From the NCBI GenBank assembly GCA_002633005.1, contig NMRA01000510.1, forward strand, positions 63,438 through 127,437: a stretch of 64,000 bases of DNA. Reading direction: 5' to 3'. Shown here piece by piece: positions 49,816 to 61,912 of this stretch. The stretch is from Phoronis australis (taxonomy: Eukaryota > Animalia > Phoronida). Position 1 is the stretch's first letter; each line of letters starts with the position of its first letter. Below the pieces are notes generated by a model. It saw only the letters and a program-made list of their open reading frames with translations, was not told the origin of the DNA and made no database searches. A program made the translations under genes and the position numbers.

Positions 49816-50706
49816 TTGTCAGAGAACGAAGGAAGGTATGCCCGAGCAGTTCAGATGGGTCAGCAGGGGGCGTGGACGAAGTGGGACAAAGTCTTGCAAA
49901 GGGAAATAAAGTGGGCGGACTTGTGGAAGATGTCGCCTTTGAAAGCAAAGTTTCTCATCAGATCTGTTTATGATGTACTGCCTACTCCCAGCAACCTTGC
50001 TATTTGGGGTCTTACTGACAACCCGAGCTGTATTCAGTGTGGACGCAGATGTTCTTTAGAACACATTCTGTCATCTTGCAGCGCGTCTTTGGCATCAGGA
50101 AAGTACACCTACCGGCACAACCAGGTACTGAAAGTTTTCGCAAGGGTGTTGGTTGACGAAGTCAAGAGTAAACCAAAGTCAAGAAGCCACCGGATCGAAT
50201 TTATCAGTTTCAGAAGAAGTGGCGATGAGGCAAGTAAGAAGAAGTCACCAGCGCAGAAAGGCATCCTTCACACAGCCAACGACTGGAAATTGTGGGTTGA
50301 TCTTGCCGGTCACCAGTCATCCTTCCCACAGCACATTGTCCAGACTACCCAGCGCCCTGACTTGATTCTTTATTCGGATAGTTCCCACCAGATCATCCTG
50401 ATCGAGCTCACCATTCCGTGGGAGAGTAGGGTAGAAGAGGCACACGAGCGGAAGAACCTGAAATATACTGATCTGAGGAGTGACTGCCACGTTAACGGCT
50501 GGAGGTGTTGGAGTTTTTCCGTGGAGGTTGGTTGCCGTGGTTTTCCGGCCAGCTCGGTTACTGCTATGGCAAGGTCTCTGGGCGTCTCTGCGACAGGAAA
50601 GAAGGTTCTTCTCCGCGATGTGGCCACCGAAGCTGAACAGGCATCTTGTTGGATATGGATGAAGCACCAACAGCAATACCATCAACAACCGTCAGGCAGA
50701 GCCTGA
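49816..50706 (+). CDS. C-terminal zinc knuckle plus restriction-like endonuclease part of the retrotransposon ORF (no true start codon)
   Basis: 296-aa ORF from the track starts at TTG; the frame stays open upstream to 49669; PD..(D/E)-type RLE motifs intact. Confidence 0.75.
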   Translation: MSENEGRYARAVQMGQQGAWTKWDKVLQREIKWADLWKMSPLKAKFLIRSVYDVLPTPSNLAIWGLTDNPSCIQCGRRCSLEHILSSCSASLASGKYTYRHNQVLKVFARVLVDEVKSKPKSRSHRIEFISFRRSGDEASKKKSPAQKGILHTANDWKLWVDLAGHQSSFPQHIVQTTQRPDLILYSDSSHQIILIELTIPWESRVEEAHERKNLKYTDLRSDCHVNGWRCWSFSVEVGCRGFPASSVTAMARSLGVSATGKKVLLRDVATEAEQASCWIWMKHQQQYHQQPSGRA

Positions 50707-50796
50707 TCAACTCTGTTGTCCCGCCTACTAGAGATGGTCTTGGTTTAGGGACGAAACCATTAAGGACAGTAGGAGACCAACTGAAGATGACGGTTG
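50686..50796 (+). ncRNA. Candidate permuted/pseudoknotted hammerhead-like RNA in the retroelement 3' UTR
   Basis: Six complementary helices plus GUC (50737-50739), GAAA (50753-50756) and CUGAAGA (50781-50787); details in findings. Activity untested. Confidence 0.65.
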
Positions 50797-50864
50797 AGCA
50801 CAGTTCCATCAAATGTTTAAAGTAAGCACAAACTTTTAAACAAGGGGAGCTGTCTGTTTACAGT

Positions 50865-51372
50865 GAATCCATGACAATCTGTTGCTGTTCATTTGATTAT
50901 CTCTATCTGGGTGCCATTTTTAGGAACTTACGTGAAATAACGCCTGTTGGTGAACAAAACGTCCAAGGGACATAAATTTTACCTGATATCTTCCCATTCC
51001 AGTTTGAAAGTGTCATGCACCACGTCACGCGTCTCGCGCTAGCTTTTGCCTTACTCGCGTGTGGTTATCGCGCGCGTGGTGAAAAAGTTAACCGTATTCA
51101 AAAAAGTGGAGTTGGAATTCTTCGCCAAAGTCACCTTATTTCTCATAGCTGTGCTTAGTCGAAGATATGTGTAGAAGCAGAAAAAATCACTAAAGAATGT
51201 AAGCGCCTTTTTAAGTGTAGAATGTATTTTTGACGTGGTGAAAGCACTTAATTATTCAGTGAGTGGAATTCGCCTTCCTCCTGTTTAAAATACACAGGAT
51301 GAAATTAGTGCTGAAAGCAATGATAAGTATTGTAGCCCCTAACCAGCCAACCGAGGGACTACGTGTTGCCTA
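50865..51372 (+). mobile_element. Family A copy lacking its left end
   Basis: Aligns with 47865-48480, ends CTACGTGTTGCCTA, and shows the empty site (GCTTTTGCC, 51042-51050) for the nested mini-element. Confidence 0.75.
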
Positions 51373-52088
51373 AGACTGCTTGAGTAGTCGGGCTCGACTA
51401 AAGACAGCCACATAGATTTTGTTTATATCACACTGGCAGAAAACTGCAAGGTGACACACATGCCCTCTCAAGTTGACAAATGAATCATTTCACAGCAAAA
51501 CAAGCAGTCATGAATGATGCAAACAATACTTCCCCTGGTGTAACCCCAAGGTTCCATAATTTTTATATACTAAAACTATTTTGAATCTGAAAGTTGAATT
51601 ACCTTTCACAGCAATGAAAATGTCATGTTAATCAGACACATAAATATTCTCTTAGTACTCGAATAGTATGTAACCACTTGCTGTATTGGAAGTAATACCG
51701 GGGTATATTAGCAGAGTTGGGAGACCTGGGTGAACTTTTCGTTTTCCTGTAGCTTTATATTAGGATTGCTGGAGCAAAATTTGTCAGAACGTTTCAATTG
51801 CTCAGTAGCAGCAGTAAGTAGGAATATATTTACCTGGGCAAATCTACAGTCAAGCTGACTGGTGACTAACTCAAAGTGTTCTTCATAGTCTTTAAAACCC
51901 TAGTTGGAATAGCTTCGCATGGCTCAATGACTATTGTATCGTCACTGTAGATTGGCTCAATATCAGATGTAGCTGTTACTAAACTGACTTACTGGAACAA
52001 TTAAGGAGGCAGTGTGATGGCTGATAAAAGATTTTAATTAATAAGATACTCAGTGAAAAGGTTTCAAAACTGAACATCCCTGGCCTCT

Positions 52089-52320
52089 CAGGGCTCGACG
52101 CTATTCAAATCACCAGGTCGCATTTTGCGACCCAGCCAAAATCCCTGGTTGCATTTTCAAAATCCAGCTCGCATTCATAAATGCCAGGTCGCAAAATTTT
52201 CCCGCCATTTTTACGCGTCAAAATTGATTTTTAGATCATTGAGAAAATGTTTAGATTATGTTCTTACCTGCAGCGTTAAATACTCAATATTCCAGGTCGC
52301 AAAATTGAGTTCGTTCATGC
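52089..52320 (+). mobile_element. hAT-like element left end
   Basis: Starts CAGGGCTCGAC with repeated subterminal CCAGGTCGCA motifs; right end not found. Confidence 0.45.
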
Positions 52321-53220
52321 AGGTACGGCCAGTGAGATAAATATAACTAGATATATATAGCTCATTGGGTACGGCGTTACTGTTCTTCACGACCGCCATT
52401 GAAAGGCTCTAGAGCGCAAGGCAAGTTGCGGACGTGAAAGTTGAATCCGTGCTCTCTGACACGTGCATTCGAGTAGCTATGTTTGCGATGTGAAAAGGGA
52501 GAAAATACCCGTTGAAAAAGTATCCTGGATGTTGCTAGGTCTGACCTGCTACTGGCTGTCATCAAAGTCGTTAAAGATTTAAAGTAACTCAGAGTGCAAA
52601 TTCCTTCCACTTTTTGTTCGCAGCCCAAATTTTGCAACTTAACTTGACGTTTGAAAGACATCTGTTGAAAAAAATCTGTGATACGATGCCCTAACCTATT
52701 GACGTATTTGGATGCGCGGGAACAATTCAGTGCAGTTCACAGCAAAAATGTGGTACTTATGCGGTTTACGTACTCAACAATTAGTTTTCCATGAATTGAA
52801 TAGCCTCAAAATAATTCCCGACTCGGTTCGGGTTTCCATCGGGTAATTCGAGTTTTGCTCCTCAATACCTTCCAAGTACGGGAAAATAGGTCAGTCACAA
52901 AACGACACGCCTGTCACTAGTGTTAACATTCTTTCAGAGGTACTATGAAACAAAGCCACGCTGCTTTGATGGCTGCATGAAACTAATAAACTGTGGCATG
53001 CAAACTCAATTCATGCATGAGACTGGCTTGAAGCAATGTAACTGTCAAGTCTTCCCAGGCAAAAATCATTTCTCTGAGTATGGAACAAGATTAGATTGAT
53101 TTTATATATTAGATAAGAGACAAACACGACAGTTTACAGAAGGCTCAGGTTTATTGCCAGTTTAGGTTTTAAAGATGTTTTATGATATATAATTTTAATA
53201 ACCCGTCTTTATTTTTGTAG

Positions 53221-54887
53221 GTCATTTCTTTTAACGTGTGTTGAAGAAAGTGACACCGAAGGTTTGAAGAGTTGGTTTGAAAGGCACAGTTCATGCATAG
53301 ACAACAATGATTATGGCAATGCACTTCTCTTTGCTGCTGAAAACAACAGAGTGGATTGCTTGTCTATATTACTTCAACACAGTAACCCTGCCATGTGCAG
53401 CGATGTGAGAAGAGTGGCTTTGAAACGTGCCCTCCTAAAGGGCTTCAAAGATGCAGCACGGCTGTTGATTATGACATGCAAATGCCAGAAAAATGATGGG
53501 TTGATGTGTGCCAACAGTACCCTACCACTGGCTGTTAAAATGGGAATGACAGATGTTGTTAACGAGTTAATTCAGGCAGGTATGCACAACATGTAAGGTA
53601 AATAATTATTTAAAATATTCACCCTCTCTCTTCTAAATGCCCAACGGAGTGTAATTTTGATAATTACCAAATATTATGCTATATTTTAGTAAAGGATAAC
53701 ATTAAAAATTTAATTACATTTAGCTCCTAACTTTACACTGATCCCTATAGGCCGTGAATCATTTGGATCTAATTTGGCACTTGATCTACAGTCAGTTAAA
53801 TCTTCGAAATGAACTCAATTTCTTGATTGCTGTTTTAGGTGCAGAGCCAAAAACTGATCAACTTATAGAAGGAAGACCTTGCCTGTATGTTGCAGTGAGC
53901 CAAGGAAACACAGAAATGGTATCATTTCTTCTCAAGGCAGGGTGCAAGCCTTGTTGGGCTGAACCATCTGAACTGGTCGAAGCTTCTAGCAATAATTACT
54001 TAGAAATTATGAAGCTCTTGCTGGATGCTGGAACAGCAAAACACAGCCAACATGAGGCACTGCACGTAGCTTGTAAGAGGAATAATGTGGAAGCCGTAAA
54101 GGTTCTCCTCAATCACGGACTCCATGTGAATACTCCAGTGTATGGTTTGTATCCACTTCATATTGCTGCAAGTCAAGCATCTGTTTCACTGGTATCAACA
54201 TTTCTGAAGTATGGTGCTGATGTCAATCAACTCGATATGCATGTACGACCTGCGCTGTATCACTGCTGTGTGAATTGTGGGGTGAAGTCTAATGTGCTTC
54301 AGATTACAAAAATTTTGCTCAATGCTGGTGCTAATCCCAATTTAGGCGATCCTACTCCACTGTTTCTGGCCTGCTTAAAAAAAGATTTCCAACTCGTGAA
54401 ATTGTTGGTGAATAGTGGAGCCTGTGCTTCAGTGCCATCTTACCGAGATCTCGGTCTCACACCCTTGACACTATCAATACTTAAAGGGTTAAAAGACATC
54501 ACCAGGCTGTTGATATGCACTTGTTGTGTCCAGGATTTTGATATCAGATTCCTGCACCATTCACCGCCAAAACTGTCCATTTATCCAATGCCATATGTGG
54601 GAATCGGTCACCATAGCTTTAAGACTTTGAAAGTACTAGTAGCAAGCGGTGGCCGCCTGGTGAACAGAAAGTTCCTTCCCCAGCTCATGCTGGAATTTCA
54701 GAAGTATCCAGAGTTAGTAAATTGGTTAAGCGAAGAAATGCACACCCCCCAGTCTCTCCAGCTTCTCTGCAGACGTACGATCAATCGCAGCCTTGGGCAT
54801 GGAGGTGTTCGCAAGGTGACCAGACTGAACTTGCCAAAACTTCTCCAAGAGTACCTGCAGTTTTCGGATTTGAGCGACATTCACTAG
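53221..54887 (+). CDS. Ankyrin repeat and SOCS box protein (ASB-like E3 substrate adaptor), ~469 aa
   Basis: Exons 53221-53579 and 53839-54887. Multiple ankyrin repeats (YPLHIAA, TPLFLAC, GADVN, GANPN) and a C-terminal SOCS box PQSLQLLCRRTI...LNLPKLLQEYL. Start codon probably split AT|G by an intron from 47502. Confidence 0.9.
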
Positions 54888-56622
54888 GGAACTACTAGTG
54901 CTAATTATCTTGCTGATGATATTGAAGTTAGTGGCTTGTTAAGACAATGGATTAAAAGAAACATTGCTATAAACATTTGGCTGTTACAGGATTGCAATAA
55001 TATATTAAGAAACTGGTATGGCCAAAATAAATGTGTTGATTCTCATCATGTGCTAATATCTATTCTTGTAATCTATCAGAGTCTATTCTCGTCTTGTTTC
55101 TTGTATTTCAGTTGTTATTGGTCATTAAATTGGAAAATCTACATGTTTAATCTAAGTATTTCATTGCCTTTGGTGCTTTTTAGTTGTGTAACTGATAATT
55201 GGAAGAGTGAACTCCAGTGGCAACATTTGTGGTTATTTACTTGTACCCTGAAGTCTAGTATCATGTGACAGAATAATCTGGTTGAGCATTCTGTTGTAAA
55301 CATGCTGGGATGGCATTTCTAGGCAGCTCAAGTGTTCATGCAAACTCTCCACACCTGGTTTGTATGAGTAATAATATAATGGAGATATAAGGTAATGCAA
55401 TTTATTGGTAGACAGTGATAATACTCAGTGATCACAGTGATCACAACGTTCAGCGTCATCTATAATTTACTCCTGTGACTTTAGATAAATATTTAATGCA
55501 GTAAGATTTCACTTTTTTCATACCATTGTCATTGTAGTGCGGGATGTTAAAGTTATGCTAGCAAATAAGTTTTAACACCACAAAATGCCCACGAATGAAA
55601 GGATTTGGATTTTGTCTTTGTCAACTCAACCCCTTTTGCTGAGAATGGATTGAAATTGGGTCAAGTGAAAGTTGCTTTCATGCTTTCACAATGATACAGG
55701 GTTGTTACTTGTAGGTGGAATGTTTGACACTGAGCTGCGATATTACAACTTGTCAGAAAAGAAATGTGTAAATAAAAACGCTTGTTTTGGCCATTAGGTA
55801 TGAAGCCTGCCTGTGGTGGTCTTGTACATGTTTCCATGTCTAAATGCTTCACCCTCGTGCTAATCATCAGTGCCAACATGTCTGTGCTTGTGAACATTGC
55901 AAAGAACGTAAAAATCTAATGTGCCATATTTGGTCTTCATTATATTTTGATCACATTTACATACATACAGTGTCAAATATACATGTGAACTGCTTTTGGT
56001 TACCTATTTTCTTAATATAAGAGAAAATGTTATCATTGCTTTTGATTTTTGCTTTTATGACACTTTCAAACATAAGCAGAACTGAATTGACAGCATATTT
56101 TAAACACTCGTCATTAGAGCATTATTGTCTAGCATTATTACTTATTGTTAACTCGCAAGGACAGCTTTATGTTTCCAAACATATCTTGTTCAATGGAACA
56201 AAAACTTGGCAAGCATTTATACAAAAACGTCAAAACTTTTTTGTAAAATTTCCACCAGCTTCAACTCTTGGCAGAAGACTAGGCCACACACATGTAGGTA
56301 GGCCACACACGTGTAGGTAGAGCAATTGAGAAAGTCCCAACTACAGTTCTTTCATCTCCTGAACCTAATCTCTAGTTGCTCTGTAAAGTTGTTCAAACAA
56401 ACCCTGCACAAAAGCCCTTAACTAAGTACAATATTCATGTCTAATTAGACACTACAAGAAAAACACCAGTATTTACAACCAATGAAATGACTTATATTAG
56501 TTCTCGGAATACTTAGCTGGCCTCAAAATCAAAAGGAAAACAGACACTCATTTATCACAAAAATCCAAATCGTACATTTCCAACTGCTCGGTGATCAACT
56601 TATCTCGAGCTTTCAGATTGTT

Positions 56623-59600
56623 CTAGTCATTATCTGAAAAAAATGAGACAACAGGGACTGAAATAAAAGATCATGTAACTTTTTAATAGTGTGCACAGTT
56701 CAACCAGACTAAGAATTTCAAACAGCATAAATCACATAAAATTTTCAACAAAAATCAGATTCTGGCTTAATAACGGGTGAAAGTCAGTTCATGGCTATGT
56801 GTTCCACCCTCCTCAACGGGCCCATGGGTTGGTATGTCATTTGAAACCGATCATGTTTTGTGTGAAATTTACATCATATTTCTATCGCTGCATGCAGAGG
56901 GCCCGGAAAACCATAGTCAACACCAAAATCCCCCTCTATGATAACCAGGAATTCTTAGCTAAGTAAAGATAATATAAAAAATCGCTTCTCCCTTTAAACA
57001 TACCTTCTAGGTAAGCGCCATCAGCCAACACAAGATTCAAGATCTTCTGGTAGAGATGTTCATTTGGCTTGCCCAGGATGGTGGACACTGCTTTGTGACC
57101 ATCCTCGATGGCTTCATCTTCATCTTCTTGTAGAGCCTGTGGAAAGGTACAATAAGTCACTTTAGTTACCACAATTACATGTACATATAATAAGACTAAT
57201 CTAATTCTTAAGGATGACCCCAGGAAGGATCAATGAAGCCTTCAGGCCACTAAAGAAATAAAAATAAAATTAAAGTCACAATAAACCCGTCTTCTGTCAA
57301 AAATAACTTTTCACTAATAAGGTCCTTTCATACTGACTTCACTCCAGTCTGAGTGGAGCACAGACGTAAACTGCAAACTAACCGAATCGTTCATACCGGG
57401 TTTTGGTATTTACTGGATGTTGAAGTAAACGGTAGACAATGTTGTCATCAAAGTAATCGTAATGTATCGCTGCACACAAAGATTTTTTAATGCGACAATT
57501 TGGGAACATTTACATGTTCTAATTGACGTAAGACTAAATTTTAATTCAATTGGCGATTATTTGAGCAAAGTATATATGCAACTAATTGTTGATGATAACA
57601 GTGGCTCCTGACTATAACTTTGATAGGACGCTCCCCTGTTAAATCCACCTGTTTACTGTGAAGTTAACTGGCACTCCAGGATCGAAATTCACAGTTCACA
57701 CTGACTGCCACTCCCCAAAACATCGACGTGTTGAGGTTATTGTGAGAAGGCCTTACGAAGCTTAGGAAGAACTATAAGGTTGGTTTTTACTTGAGAACAG
57801 GTTCAATAAATTGACTTGATAGGCCAGCTTCATTTATGCATTTATTAATGTCTTTTTCTTTTCAAACCCAGAAAACTGCATCTGACTAGTAAGGGACAAA
57901 CTAAGACCATATAAGAGCCATAGTACGTCATGCGCTGAACATGATATCAAGGAATAACAAAATGTTTTTTGCGAGCACAGAAATCACTTTTCACCTGAAG
58001 AAAGAGCATGTTAAAACAAATCTTATTAGAGTAAAGGTCTAACTCAAAAGTTGTCTTGTTAGACAACATGCATGTTCATAATCATGCCCTTTAAATGTGA
58101 CATGATTGTCCCTTGCGAAATCAGTACTGAAGAAAGAAATCACACTTCTGAAAACGATACAAAAATCATCACAAACACGTTCCTCAAAAACATTTGAAAA
58201 GCAGAGTAACTGCACAGCTGCAAGAAGCATACTGGCAGTGGGGGAGAGCTGCCCTACTAAGAAAGCAATCAAGAAAAAAGGATGAAAGAAAGAGGGTGTG
58301 AGGAATGGGGGGGGAGGGGCGACAGCATGATAACAGGGAGATGAAGCCTACCTGTACAGTCTTGTACGCCTTCATAAACACATCACACCCAAGCTGCTCC
58401 TCTAACTCAAGTCTACTCTCTTCTAGACGACAAAACGTATCTTCTTCACTTTCATCAAACATGGTGTCTTCACCGTCATCTGTTAACAAAGCTAATGTTT
58501 CTAAGACAAACCAGATTCACTACTGTCTCCTCCAGAATAGAAAAATTAAACTTGATTCATTGGAATTACTGAATTCACGTTGACACAAAAACTCAATGTC
58601 TACTGACTTGAGCTTAGCCATCAGTACAATGAGACAGTGTCAAGCATAAAAAGTTCTATTTTTTGTTAAGTAAAATTCTCTGCATGAGTACACATATAGC
58701 AAACATAATTTATTAGCTACGACATCTTATTTAAAGCACAGCTGAAGCTTCAAACCTGATTCCCACTCTTCTTTGCCTGGAATGATAGTTCCGTGCACTT
58801 CTCCACTGCCTTCAAGTTCATCCTTCTGGTTACGAGATGTGACCGTCTTAATGGACTTCGGCTTCTCTGATTCAGGCACATTGAGTTCACTGGCTGTGAG
58901 AGACAAAGAAAAACACAATAGTGGCACATAAAGCAACAATGATGAGAACTTTGTCAGCTTGTATAAGAGACCGGTCTCCTATGACTAAACCAATTCAAGA
59001 AATAGTGCACATTCAACACAAGTAATCATAAGTGAAACATGATTGTGTATAATCCATGAACACTCTATAAGCTCTCAACATGACATACATAAGGTATTCA
59101 TCGAATAAGGACCAAAAGAAAACAAGAGTGTAAATTCCACATATGCAACAAGTGCAATACGGTTGGTTTCAAAATTAACGTCAATGCGTAAGTACCTTCC
59201 AACAGTTTCTCCATGGTTTCTCTCAATGACTTCATGTCTTCTTCGTCTGCTTCACCACTAAATGTGTATAAAGTTAAAGGTCATAGAAATTCATGGACTT
59301 TGATATTGGTAAGATCGAGTTCAGCTAATGCTCAACATTTAATTTGAATGCATAAATCTGAGTGAAACAGAAGGTTAAATGAGACTGAAGTAACTTGTCA
59401 GTTTGAAGCCGGTTCCTAGGGTTTTCCAAATTGAGCACCAACTGATAGATTCCATGCACTCTGTACTACAAATTTCTTGAAACAGTCATGCAAACAAAAT
59501 ACACACTGTCATAATTTGGGCATGGGCACATAGTAGAAAGACTGTGATGCGTTCACATGATAATCAGGGTGACCAAAAAACTCAAATCCATAAAATTCTT

Positions 59601-61912
59601 AACTAAGCCTCCATAAATGCATTCACTCTTTTCTGACATAAAACTTCAGTTGATCAATCCAGAGCCTTAAATATACGAACCACTTGCACTATTCTTTTAC
59701 TTTTGCCAAAAAATGACATTTTTGTACAAAACTTTGTGGGTTTGCAGTTTTTGGGCCCCCTTGTAACATTGACAAGGCAAGATGAGTCCCTCACCTGTCA
59801 TCATCGTCATCACTGACATCATCACTACTTTCATCACCAGTTTTGTCCTCTTCAACTTGAGCCACCTGACAATAACAACTCAACAGTAATAACGATTTAT
59901 TGAATTGTATGTTGAAAGTCAATGACTGTCTAAGCAACAACAACTTCAACACACTGAAGACAAGACAGCATGAGGTACACCTAAACCATATTTATTTACA
60001 AATCAAACAGGTTTCAAGTTCAGTTTGCCCTATCTCACAGGCTCTATCCTTGAGCCATAATGAAATACTTTGACAATTTGGTAATGTGCTGTTCAATACT
60101 CTTCAACTACCCTTCTGCTAATAATTTGAGGTACAAAACTGAATACAACCCAATGCTTCAAACATATATTACTCAGCACTTTATCGTATGCAGAGTCAGA
60201 GTACAGATGTGCAACTAATCGTTTCAACATAGGCACTGTTTTTAGAGAGCAATGTCTCCTTATAAGTAAGTCAAAAAAGGATTTTCAGTAGCTTTTCTAC
60301 AACTTTGTGCACAGGCCACCTGGAAGTGATAACTACAAATACAGCATACAGAACACAATCCAATCAAATGACCCGGTTTACCCCAACATGATCGTTAAGC
60401 GCAAGCAGAATTCACCACGAGAGTATTCAGAATGAGCGGTCATGACAGCTTATGACGGCTCATAGCTCATAGTGCAATACAGAGCTGGTTGGTATGAAGA
60501 GCAACATACCGTATCTTCATCGGCACCACTGTCTTCACATTCATTATCTAAGTAGGCAACGTCAACACTGACACTGACAGGCTCTTGGAAGAAGAGGTTA
60601 TCTGCAGCCGTACGAAACAACTTGGACAGGTCTGGCATGGAGCACGTTCTCAACATCTGCGTGTAGTGTAAGTAAATCAATGAAAGTCTGAACATAAATT
60701 ATTGACTCAGAGTTGACAAACAGTGTAAATGGAAAGTTAGTAATGGTAACAGTGACTAAAATGTCATAACAACAAGTAAGAGTTGAAGAACTAAATTCTG
60801 AATCTGTGAATATCCATTACTGCAACTGTCCATCATTTAGTCAGTCAATCTGTGAACAGATTTTGACTAAGTATTCACTCAATAGTGGAAATGGGTAATA
60901 GAACAGTTAATACCATCAGATATCAAAATACAAATGGAAACCAAGAGAACCATTCACCATGCACGTACAAATGAAATGCATTCAAAGTTAATGACTAACC
61001 AGCAAGTGTATCTATGCATACATATGTCATCCCACTCACACAGCGTACTGAGTGCTTTCTAGTCCAAGTAAAATCAAATATTTAATCACAAAAAACACAG
61101 TATTCTTCAGGTCAACACAGTCTGTTAACACACATCACATGACCTAATTCAAATTAACTTACTGAGCGGTCAGCCATATCAAAGTGACCAGTGGTCACAC
61201 CAATCACAACTCCTGCTGAGCCCCCATGTAGACTTGACCTAAAAAAAAAAACAAAATTGTGTAAATTGGCAAAACTCTTCTACAGCAACTTGATCATTTT
61301 TTACACAATCCAATTATATCGAAATGCAAATAGCATAATGGAACCATGCTAACTTAATGTTTAAAGCAAAAGAAAGCTTATCTACAGTTCATCAGTACTA
61401 TTAAAAAACAAAAGACAAATCATTTAAAACTTACAGTTTTGGATTTGTCTCCCCTTCACTTTCATCTTCGTTTTCTATCTCCTCCACCTGGAGATCAGTC
61501 ATCTCCTGTTTCGTCTCATCCTCATCATCATCCAACTGCACTCGCTCAAACAGTTTCTGTGGTGAACCAGCCTTTGGTTCCTCCCCTTCCAACGGACTAG
61601 CCGACTTGCGTCCAGCACTGGCATCTTGCTCTGTCCGCTGGTCACGTTTGGGTGTTTTTGGGGTTCTTGGACGAGGACTGGTAGACTTCCTGCCTGATTT
61701 AGCCAGCTTGTCACCAGCTATCTCAGGACTTTCGCTCTTGGGGGTTTTCGGTGTGCGGGGACGAGGAGATTTGCGCCCTGTTTTCTCTAGGCTCTTCTCC
61801 TCACCCCACGCTGATTTGGGCGAAGCCGTGGGCTTGGTGGGTGACAACCCCTGTGCCGAGTCAGGTCTGTCGTCTGCAGCAGATATCTCAGGTATGGAAT
61901 CGACATCAGGTT
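56623..61912 (-). CDS. NEK1: Serine/threonine kinase NEK1-like, 3' exons only (kinase domain not in window)
   Basis: Exons 61912-61435, 61238-61163, 60656-60510, 59865-59795, 59257-59196, 58893-58756, 58479-58352, 57136-57004, 56633-56623 join in frame; possible 30-nt exon 62131-62102. Motifs [50 protein letters not shown] match the NEK1 C-terminus. Confidence 0.9.

Larger units (their letters stand above)
49675..50830 (+). mobile_element. 5'-truncated RLE-type non-LTR retrotransposon (Hero-clade-like)
   Basis: Open frame 49669-50706: RLRHKQLIG..QGRQGLG, QQGAWTKW, KFLIRSVYDVLPTPSNL, CCHC knuckle CIQCG..LEHILSSC, RHNQV, endonuclease RPDL..IELTIPWE..KY, VEVGCRGF. RT domain absent; structured 3' UTR follows. 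Confidence 0.9.

Noticed and set aside
50686-50796. Standard type I/II/III hammerhead call
   Set aside because: The bases after CUGAAGA do not pair with those before GAAA and the strand order fits no standard permutation; reported instead as a non-standard candidate.
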